Assembly (NCBI GenBank): GCA_964035545.1
Contig: OZ037768.1
Location: forward strand, 17,777,700-17,841,699
Source of the DNA: Bugula neritina
Taxonomy: Eukaryota; Animalia; Bryozoa
DNA length: 64,000 nucleotides
Direction: 5' to 3'
The translations under genes were made by a program, and so were the position numbers. Below, piece after piece: positions 38,188 to 48,828 of this stretch; position 1 is the first letter of the stretch, and each line of letters starts with the position of its first letter. The notes under the pieces are model-generated. The model was not told the DNA's origin. It did no database searches and saw nothing but the letters and a program-made list of their open reading frames with translations.

Positions 38188-40364
38188 TAGCATTGTGATA
38201 AGAGCCACAATGCACTACTAGGCAAACCAAACAAGGAAATGTTTAATAGTTAACTTAATACAGCTCACTATACGAAGACAACCCATTCAAAGACTGAACC
38301 GTCTGCCGATTTAATAACTTGTTTCACTAGATAAATGCTTTATCTTGCAGTGTACCCTTTTTCCAGTATCACCAGTAGCCATGGCTTATGCATACTAATA
38401 CTAAAATTCATAACCTAGCAAAACTTCAATTGCATTTATTACATTGCATTATTTCCTATATTAGATTTGTCTTTTTGTTTGGAGGGTGGGCTGACCATTA
38501 TAAATGAGTGCTAAATATTTAGCATCCTTTCAAATATCCAATTCTGTATACACCTCCAACATTGGGGCCTTTTGTTTGGAGTATGAGGGTATCGCCTATA
38601 AAGTAACTTTTAATACATGTAAACAATTAAATACTGAAGCACCTGGCATTACCTGATAGCACTCTAGAGTTGTAAATATAGGCTAAACACAACCTAATTT
38701 TCTTTGTGATCCGCATCATGTTTACTTGAATTGTGCATAATTTAAAGAATTTAGATGAGTTTATTTGCAGGAAATATTGAAGTGAAAATTTGAAATAAAA
38801 TTTGGTAATAAAACCCAAATTTCAAACCTATAAAGATTAACTAAAACCAAAGCTGCCATCTTTGCATTGATTAGTTGTAGTAAGAAAGTGTAAAAATTCA
38901 ATGCTACAGGAATTCAAGTCTGTGAAGGAGAATTAAATCAAAACGGGCTTACCTCATTTTTAGTGAGGCATATAAAAATATCCGAATGGCTCTCAATATA
39001 TTATGTAAACAATACTCAATACATGGCCAGCAGCAATAAATGTATATACCTACCTAGTTGTGTGAGAGAAATTTTAAAATTGACCAGCCGAATTTTTGGC
39101 TAGAAAAGTACGAAAAAGAATATTAGCAAAAGTATATAGGGAAGGTAATTTATGTAATAAGTTATATAGCCACATTCACAAGAGTGTGCTAGTATCAGCT
39201 CAATGACAATACTTACTTTATTATTTTCATTGTTGGCGCTCATTGACATTACATTACATCACTACTCTGACTGCATAACAAATCAAGGTCATGAACTTTT
39301 TAAATAAATTTCAGGCAGAGATTTACTTGAAAACACGATTTCTTATTGAAAATATCTCACTGCTCATCATCATGTACACAATAATTATTACAGTACTGTG
39401 TGTGCAAATTACATGACATTAGACTGGCTGCATAAGTAAGTGTACTAATGCAGAAATTTGGAAAGAGCCCCTGTTCTAGGCAACAAAAATGTTGTAAAAG
39501 AGTTTTGTTCTCTTGAAATTTTTTTGGCTCGAGCTAAAATTCATAGACATTAAAAATTTAGCCTTTAAAACTTCTCCTTTACCGCAACCAACAAGCATTG
39601 ATTAGAAATTAGTCACATGGTACTTTTTGAAGCAGTAAATTAATGCTCTTTTAAGTTTTAGCACGTACAACTTCACTATAACAAAAAATGTTGTAGCCTG
39701 TTTCATTTATAGTTAGTATTTCTTACTCTGTTATTCACTATAGCTTTATGATTATTCACTCTATTGTTCAATAGCTAATAAAGTATTTGTAACTTCCCAG
39801 TAACTACATGTTTGGTATACCACTTAATGAGAGGTTCAAAGTCTGCATTCCACGTAGTACCTTATTTATAATTTTTTGATTTCGAGATTGTTACACTTTG
39901 CTCTACATGATACAGTCTGCAAAGTACATGTAGAACAGATCTGTCAGCTCTGAGATAATGCCATGTATTATGATGATGAATTTACCGTACCTTTGGACTT
40001 TGAAACGACCCAATCACGCGCGCGTGAAGGTGGAAGTGCAAAGTCCATAAGCCTGTGCTCCACAATAGTTTTACCAAATTGATGATAGACACGTTATTAT
40101 CATAAATTTTAACAGAACGAAAACGTAGGCTAGCACTCGTGACCGAACAAAGCATTCTGTGAGACTATTGGAAGCGATAAGCACCGCATCAGCGTTATAA
40201 AAGTAGACCTCCACGTAGAGTGACTATTTTGATATTGTATTCGTAACGTATACGGATGAAAAGAAAAATTGAATGGTAGGTGCAACACTAAATTACTTTT
40301 CGTTTCAATAGAAAGTACCTAGGTTTTGACCGTTTAGTTGCAGTAAGGTCATGATGATGATGGC

Positions 40365-40710
40365 CATTACTATTAGTATTACTATTAGTATTACTATTAG
40401 TATTACTATTACTATTAGTATTACTATTATTATTAGTATTACTATTACTATTAGTATTACTGTGAGTGTATTAGTATTAGTATTACTATTACTATTACTA
40501 TTAGTATTAGTATTAGACTTAGTTATAATTAAATAATTCAATTATTATTATAAATAAATTTATTATAATTATTATTTATTAACTTTAAACTAATACTAAT
40601 AGTAATACTAATAGTAATAGTGATGATAATAATATTAATAACTAAGTCTAATAGTAATAGTCTAATACTAATAGTAATACTCATACTGTAATACTAATAG
40701 TAATAGTAAA
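40365..40710. repeat. (ATTACT/ATTAGT)n hexamer tract followed by its inverted copy, in perilipin intron 1
   Basis: Hexamer tract 40365-40515; reverse-complement tract about 40590-40710. The non-repetitive anchor TATTAGACTTAGTTAT (40511) is mirrored by ATAACTAAGTCTAATA (~40638). Confidence 0.85.
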
Positions 40711-41416
40711 TAGTTAGTAACTATAACAGTTGTACTATTACTATAACTTTAAGTTAATAAGTAATTGTAAATAACTAAATAGTAAATTGATTATTTAAAT
40801 TCACTTTCAGTTTCACACTAGGAGTATGATTGACTTAGACTACGACTATCTCTAAACTCAAGTTGCTGAGTCTTACACTTACCCTTAGGCCTTAGAGTTA
40901 GTCACTTACAGTTACAGTTTCACTTTACAGTTACTTGGTTATATAGTTATAGTAATAGTAATACTGAAATAGTAATACTAATACTAATAATATTACTTGT
41001 AGTTGTACTTGTGGTCTTTAAGTTGATAATAATTATAAAGTATCAGTATGAGTATGGCGTGTGTACTTATGCTTATACTTATAGTAATAGTTATAGTTAT
41101 ACTTATAGTTGAAGTTCTAGTCCATGTTTTCATTCTTTAACACTACTCAACTAATAGCAGTAGACGTAGTAGTAGTTTAGAGTTCTCCAAATCCTTGTCA
41201 AGAGGTAACTAAACACTAACATTAGTTCAAGTTAAGCTATATATTTCTTTAATATTTACTATCAGTCACTCTAAGTGAGTAAATCTATGAGTAAAACTAT
41301 TGCAATTAGCAATATAGTAATAATAATTGTTATATTAACCATTATGATTATTAAATAAGTGTGGTATTTATTTTACAACTACGTTGAAAATATTATCCAA
41401 CTTTTAGATCTACTGA

Positions 41417-44371
41417 ATGTACCGAAAACATCAACAACAATTAGCAGATATGGAAGACGAAAAAAGGGTGTTGACAAGAGTGACTAATTATCCAGTAGTG
41501 AAAGATGCCTGGGGCAAAGTGTCTGGTGTTTACCATTCGGGTAAAGAGAAAAGTCGGTTGTTCAGGTTCTGTGGGAGCATTGCCGAGTCAAGCGCTAGTT
41601 TGGCTATGAAGGCTACAAAGCCAGCTCTGGAAAAACTTCCAGGTATCTTCTAGTCTTAACATAACAGAATGTCATTATATAATCTATTATATAATTTAAT
41701 AATTGAGTTTTTTGTAAAAGCAAAGCTTATAGGTGTATGATATATATCAGATAGAAGACTTTTGAGTTTAGAAATGACTAATAATTTTATATTTTATCGT
41801 AATATAGTAGAGAGACTGAATGACTATGCTTCAACTAAGCTGGATGACTTGGAGAAAGCATATCCACTTGTTAATAAACCAGTGGAGGAAGTGGTAAGTG
41901 TGCTTAATATTTACAATGTGAAAGGAAGTTATTGCTGAGTGCAAAGTCCAACAAAAATGACCTTTGTTCTTCTGCTCTTGATATGGTGATGATCTTCTAA
42001 AGGTCAATAGTATATTAGCCAAATTCCTATTGCATTGCTGATAGTAACTGGAAATATTTTGTTCATAGTCAATCATGATAAGGATTGTGATCTTCATAAT
42101 CATAATCTACAAATTGTCTGTAGGTCGAAACTCTGAAGACCTTCTCCACCGATATGGTGAGTCAGGCGTGTGAGTACAGTACTCACCAGTTCAACTCCAT
42201 GGCTGTCAAGGTCAAGCTCGGATCTGTCATTCAGGCAGCAGATTCTCTGGTAGACCAATACTTACCACCTCATGAGGAAACTGAAGGCTCAACTCTGACT
42301 AAACCAGAAGATGATGTAAGTTTTATTACACGGAAGTGTTTATTAGTCTATTTCTTTTTTGTCAAAGTATTACTAACATATTGATTTTAAACATTGGTTG
42401 TTACATGTTGAATGCATGTAAACCCAAATATATTCAACCGCCAAATGTATTGCATGGATATAGAAGTGATTTTCAGTCAGAAGTTGGTGAACCAAATACT
42501 GATTCCAGATATTGTTACAGGAAACATTTGAGGCCCCAAAAACTCCTCTCATGGGTTTACAACTGCTCAGTGATAAAATTAAACATCGGGCTTTTGATCG
42601 CGCGATGGCGAAGGTGTCCACTTTCTCCATGCGACCTGAGAAAGCCATTTCTGCTCTCACCCACACTGTAAACTTGGTAAGTTTTGATTTGTTTATCCGT
42701 GCATATGTTTAAAACTTGAAACATCCCTTTTAAACTACACTATCTAAAAACTAAACTAAACCTTAACTTTTCTTGGCAGGAATCTGATGTATCAATAACA
42801 CAATGCTAAACTGTCATTGCATTATTAGACATTTTTTGCTGTTTTAATAAAATATCTTTAGTCGAATTTCAAATGTTTGTGAAAAATGGACAGCTAAAAT
42901 AAAGTTGTTGGCAATGTTTTGGAGATTTTCAGTCGTAACCTGCTGGTGTTTGTATCTCTGTTGTATATCATTTGGTGGGATGTTGCTATCTTGTAATAAG
43001 TGTAATACTTGTGTCACATCAGCTCAAATAACTGCTATATGTAAATACAATATAAATCAATCCCCAAGCATAAACATAACCTCTGTACTGTATACAGTTT
43101 GAGGTAGCCCGTGGTATGAGTGTTGATGAAGCAATGGGAACTGTGAAGGACAAAGTAAGCAATCTGTATGAAGAAGTTACCAAAGAAGAGCAAAGTGAAT
43201 GGCTTTCAGAGGAGGTAGGCTGTCTAGTCTTCTTACGCAATGAAAATAAGTTACATAATAACGTTGTGCAAAATATAATTATGAGGGAGTGTTAAATAAG
43301 GCTCTTGAAATGGCTGGGGTCTAACAAACTCATTAAGTTTGAAACCTTATAATTTTAAGGCAAGGCTTCACACAGTATTGGCTAATAGAGGAGCTAAGGC
43401 TATTGCAATTATTTTGTTTACAACACAGTGGTTGCTGGGCAGCCATACCCATGCAGATAATTCGTGATGTGGTATGAGGTCCTTCGTAGGAAAAAACGTG
43501 ATCGATGTGTGTTGACTATAGTTAATAATAGAATGTGATAACTCTCGCAAAAGGTTTTTGTAGAATTGTTCTATCACAATTGTTTAAATTAACATGTAAA
43601 ATAAGAATTTGTTTTGTTGATGATGTTTTGTTGAATTATTTGTGTTGTGCATTGACAGTAAGTTAATATATATTACTGTAAATTTCATATTAGCACTTTA
43701 TTGTACAACAATGAGATGGGAGCTCATTTACCTTTTGCTGTATTGCATGATAGAATTGTGTCCCCCTTCCATAGGTAAGAGAGCAGAGGATGATCCTAAG
43801 AGCCAGGCGTCTATACCAGGGTGCTCGACTACAATCTCACCGAGTTTCCCAGTTTACTATCTACATCTCTGACCAAACCAGATCTGTCCTCACTCACACT
43901 GTCACCTTGGTTTCCGATGCTGAATTCTTCAAACATGTTTCTGCCTTTCTCGACGTTTTAAACCAGACCTGGAGGAATGCCATGGAAAAGCATGGAAGCA
44001 AATTGGATGTGAAACGATACCTAGATTTGTCTACGCTACTCAAGAACCTGGTATGTTATGTTGTACTGTAAGTCTGTGCTGTGTAGACATCCGTGTAATC
44101 AGTGTGGCAGTAATTCATTTACCTGTTGCATTCTGTTGCACAGGACACCTATTTGAGAGAGAATCTGGCAAGATGTGGTCACATGGTGGCCAGGTTTGAT
44201 CCAAGAGTGTCTCGACCCAACCCAAAACCTGTTAACTCTGATGTTTCCTGGAATGATGAAAGCTGCGAGTTTGGTCCTGATAGCACCTACACACCTGCTG
44301 TCGACCATGACACTCTGCTTAGTTCCACTCGAGATTCTGAAGACTCCGAAACTGATGAAGATGAGGATTAA
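41417..44371 (+). CDS. Perilipin-family (PAT domain) lipid droplet protein, 7 coding exons plus a probable non-coding first exon ending at 40275
   Basis: PAT-type N-terminus RVLTRVTNYPVVKDAWGKVSGVYHSGKEK and LNDYASTKLDDLEKAYPLVNKP; later ADSLVDQYLPP. Approximate exons: 41417-41642, 41808-41893, 42124-42315, 42478-42676, 43098-43213, 43774-44049, 44143-44371. The start is 41417 or 41450. TATAAAAG at about 40196. Confidence 0.85.
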
Positions 44372-44381
44372 CTATAATAAA

Positions 44382-44527
44382 CTTTACTTGTATTGGCTAC
44401 GGCTCTACCATGTCCTAGCTTTACCTGTATTGGCTACGGCTCTACCATGTCCTAGCTTTACCTGTATTGGCTACGGCGCTACCATGTCCTAACTTTACCT
44501 GTATTGGCTACGGCTCTACCATGCCCT
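44382..44527. repeat. 37-bp tandem repeat x4 at the start of the perilipin 3'UTR
   Basis: Unit ctttacctgtattggctacggctctaccatgtcctag, four near-identical copies beginning about 10 nt after the stop codon. Confidence 0.95.
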
Positions 44528-46895
44528 GAATGTTATTATTTTTCGTAGTATGGTTAACAAAATTAATTCGTAGGTTTCTATGGTTAATGTGCAAAAATGT
44601 TGGCTTAACTAACATGTTAGTACGTGAATTAAGTGTTTATTTTAAAATATGTAATATTCGTGTTGTGGTTAGGCTTATTCTATTTGTGAAAAATAAAATG
44701 CTTTGCTTTATTGTCATCACACACAGATTTATATGATATTGTAAAAATTTTGCACCTGTTCGAAGCAGCTGTTGCAAAGCATGCAATCATCAAATGCTGT
44801 TGATTGAAAGTAACAAATAGCACAGCTGAAATATAAATGATAAACATGAAGAAATCCTATGTAAAATCTTAACATTTCTAACTAAAAGTCTGTTGTGGGC
44901 TAGGGAGGTCATGTAGTATATTTGTTGATAGTGAGTTCCATCTTAAAAGGCCCACTCTACTTGTTAATGTGGCACATGCTTACAGATGACTCCTGCTGTA
45001 TTATACAATAGAGCTTATCAAACTTTATGTTTAATGTTATAAAATGCAAAACAATAATAATACATTGATATTATTTCATCAATGGCATAAGCAATGGGCT
45101 ACGAAATGGTTAACACTGGCAATGTGTCATGAATTTATGATTTGTGTGCACTTGCATTTTGTTTTTGTGACTTGGGAGTTATCTGTTTGTGGCAACCAAA
45201 TCATTCAACCAACTTGAAAATACCTTGCTTCTATCCCTCTGGCCTCTTTGGCTATCAAGTTAAATGACAAGTTCTATTTGTGCATGCTGTAACTTGTATA
45301 ACCATTCGTTAATTGCTGAGCAAATGCTGTTATACATCTGTAAGCCACATGTAAACAGTACAGTGGGTAAAAACAAATTTTTTATCATCAAAATGCCAGT
45401 AAAAAATACTTCATTATATTTTTTAATCATCAAATATTAATCATTGAAACATCTGTGCTAATTTGTTACATGGCTACATACAAAGTCGATATATAGCTAA
45501 AACAATATCATTGTATTTATTCCAATACACGTAAGTCCTGTCTTGCAACTATGTATAGCACCAAAATATTACTAGCACATGAAGTACTAGGATGATTGAT
45601 CTTCTGTTAAATAAATTATCTAAAACTTAATCATAAATGTTGAATGACAAGTTCCCAAAAAACTATCTAGACTTGCACTTCTAGCCCCCAGTTCATCCCG
45701 TGCTTGTTCACAATTATATGCCACAATTCAATGAACGGCCAGCCTGTTTAACTAATAAATACTTTTAAATTTGTCCACATTAAAGCCTGGGGTATATATT
45801 ATAATATTGTGGCATTGTTTTATGCTTATTCATATTAAGAAACTATTTACTTTCAAAAACTGATTACTTAATTTTGCACTAAGGCATTGTGATGGTTATC
45901 TACTATGAGTAAAATAGGCAAGCTAAAGATGTTATTCTAGTGCATCTTATTTAGCATTATTATATTCCAAATGATAGTAGGGGATTGTTATTAACTTTGT
46001 ATTTGCAAAGGAATCACAAGAAATCATAGGAGTGTCATGCTAGCTTGATATGATGCACTGAGTAATACTTTAACTTTGTTCACATGTTCTACCCAAGGCA
46101 CTCCCTAAATAATTGCATTTAGATATGTTGTAATAATAATTAATTCTTTTTGTAAGAAGTGGGTTTAATTTCTCTCTGTAGAATATAGTTTACTCATGAG
46201 TTCTCTAGGATCAGAGAACAGGTAATGTTGGTATATAGTTTATTTACACCTGGCCAGTACTCAAAGATCTTCTATTGGTAGATGTAACAATTCCATATAT
46301 AGTAGATTACATTAAACTCTCACAATGTGAGGTGTATTTTATATGTTTCCAACAATAGTTCAATATACCCAAAGCAAAGTGTTACAGTGGTACTAGCAGT
46401 AACTTTCGATAAATTTAATAGTTAACTATAAAAAGCATAATTAATGCCCAATTACACGAACAGTATAAACATTATGCTATTTGTAAGCTAAATGTTATGC
46501 AAAGTATACCATACTGGTGGCTTGAACTCTTGCAACACCAGCTCTAGGTTGCTGGTAGTGCAAAGCTAGTTGGTGCTGCAAGGGTTCAAGCTCCACAACT
46601 ACTAGTAGTACGACTCTTTTTCATCAAACTTTTAATGGTAAGACAAATTATAGCAAGCAGTATAACTGTATTCTATAACCAAGAGGGATATGTATATTTT
46701 TGTAACTGATGTTATACGGAGCAGTGTTTAGGTGATTGGCAAAAAAGGAATGTGTTGACATGTTGATACAAGGCCCTCCTTGCATAGTTCTTGGAGTTTT
46801 TCATGAAGTATATGCTTGTGTGCATTAATTATAACAAACATTCCTGCAATAACCTTAGAAGAGGTAGCTAATGGTTGCAGCACATACAAATTATA

Positions 46896-47344
46896 AAGTT
46901 GCGTTTATACCTCTGCTGAAAAAAGTACCGAGTTTAAGTTAATAATGCTTGTCCGGGTACCCCTTTATAGTCAAACCGAAACTCGTTGAAATCATATTGA
47001 TGCGGTTGCTCACTTTCTGAAATTGAAATTTGACTCGCATAATAGCTATTTGATGCCCTTTGTAAACGTCGTGAATTAGTGAAGCGGAAAGCATAAAAGC
47101 GATAATTGAGAAGGCGTAGGCTATGTAATTATAACCGTATAAGTACGTTGTCTAATCGCCAAAGTAATAACTAAATAACGATGTTTACAAGGAGTTATTA
47201 CTCCTATTCTAAAATTGGCCGATTAAGTTATCACAGTACAAAAATTTCAACGGGTGGCTTTTACAATGCAATGCAACTCGGAGAAATTTCAACCCGGCCA
47301 AATTGAAATTTTGACCGAAAATCGTGAAGGTATAAACGCAACTT
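46896..47344. mobile_element. MITE of about 450 bp with perfect 17-bp TIRs, flanked by TA
   Basis: TA|AAGTTGCGTTTATACCT ... AGGTATAAACGCAACTT|TA. The interior is CpG-rich relative to the flanks and carries repeated AAATTTCAAC/TTGAAATTT motifs. Confidence 0.88.
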
Positions 47345-47897
47345 TAAGATTGCACTAGCAGCAACTAATTTCAATAGTATTTACCATGTAAGAGTGGTGT
47401 TAAATAGGTTGAACATTTTGATAAGAATCATAGCATTTTAATTAATATTATGAACAAACTAAAGTAATTTTTCCAAATGCAATAATTATCATGCCAACAT
47501 TTTTCAGCATTTGTTCACTTTTTGCTCACCACAATTGAAGAATAGAGACCAATATGACTTACATTGTAGTAGCTTTTGTAATGGATTTGTCTTACTGGAG
47601 ATACAGTTTATACATCAGCACATGTATCCTCACAGCTGCTTGGCTATAACCATCATTTAATATCTAGGCACTGCAAGCATAGAACCCACAACCTTTGAAT
47701 AGTTACAGATAGCTTGGTATGTGTTTGACTCAAAGGTTCTTGAACATATCATGGTGTCATCATTCCTGTCTGGATAATGCAGGATAATGTGGGTCACTGG
47801 TATTCTATCAGCTGTGTGACTAGGATGGCAACTATTGAACCAGCATTTATTATCAAACATAAGTTCATAGAAAATCCAATACCGAAAGATCTTAGGC

Positions 47898-48051
47898 TAG
47901 GGGTGTCCAACCTTTTCAGACCGAGGGCCACTGAAAGGGAATATTCTATGGCAAGGGCCATATTGGAAACTTTTGTTTGCTATGGGGGCCACAGCATCAG
48001 TATTTTTCAAATTACTTTATTCCAAATTATTTTTCTTATTGGATAGCCCTG
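47898..48051. mobile_element. hAT (Charlie-like) MITE with an 8-bp target site duplication
   Basis: Ends TAGGGGTGTCCAA...TTGGATAGCCCTG, internal GGGCCA repeats, flanked by TCTTAGGC (47890-47897) and TCTCAGGC (48052-48059), which match at 7 of 8 positions. Confidence 0.85.
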
Positions 48052-48683
48052 TCTCAGGCAATAACGTGCCATGGTAGGTAAGAACTCTGATGTTTCTCAA
48101 AACATTATCAATTATTATAGATTAATGATTGATTTGCTTAACTGCCAACCCAATAAAGTATTTAGTAGCAACTTTTATTTCTATTTCAGTCTTTAATAAC
48201 AATCGTACATTTGGCTTCCCATTATTACTCAAAATATTAATTGACTTTAGTTTCAAAAGTTGGCCCCTTTCAACATCTAGATGCAGTTTAGCTAGACCCT
48301 GCATAATGGCAACAAGAATTTTTCAAGTTACTCGAAAATCTCTTAAGGCTTTTAAAATACTGTACTGAATGAACATGAAGGATATAACAAGTTAGGGCTA
48401 AATATTGAACAAGTATGTGGGGATGTGCCTAACCCCTAAATAATGTATATTACTGAGATGTAAAAGCTGGTGCTGACTGTGCAATATTTATTGTTATGTT
48501 TTCTCATCTACTCCAGTCTATTTCAACTGGCAACCACATTATTTCACAATAGTCAAGACAAGGAACTAATGTCTATTAAACTAAAACTAGGGGCGGTATC
48601 ATTCAGTCTCATCCTATAGTTTGTGCACTGTCATGAACAGCCACTAGAATAGGCTTGGCTAGAATAATAGCAATGGTATCTAG

Positions 48684-48692
48684 TATAAAAAG
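48684..48692 (+). promoter_or_regulatory. TATA box of alpha-tubulin
   Basis: TATAAAAAG about 145 nt upstream of the ATG; GGGCGG (GC box) near 48591. Confidence 0.55.
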
Positions 48693-48828
48693 CTAAGTGA
48701 GTGAATAAGCTGGCATAGTATCATCTGACCTCTGACTGGTTCATAACAGCCTTCTCTGAGTGTTGACAAATACCAAATAACATTCTATTTTCAACTGTCT
48801 TTCAAGCAGGTTCACCAAACTAGCAACC

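Noticed and set aside
38470-38600. Short direct repeat CTTTTGTTTGGAG x2
   Set aside because: Only 13 bp, with no termini or TSD; insufficient to call an element.
40305-40541. ITISIT / ILIVI ORFs
   Set aside because: Translations of the hexamer microsatellite inside an intron.
41643-41807. Possible U12-type intron (donor GTATCTTC) in the perilipin gene
   Set aside because: Imperfect match to GTATCCTT and no TCCTTAAC-like branch site near the acceptor.
44750-48600. Additional gene between perilipin and tubulin (ORFs 47657-48368)
   Set aside because: Short ORFs with no recognisable domain, partly overlapping the hAT MITE; no consistent exon chain.
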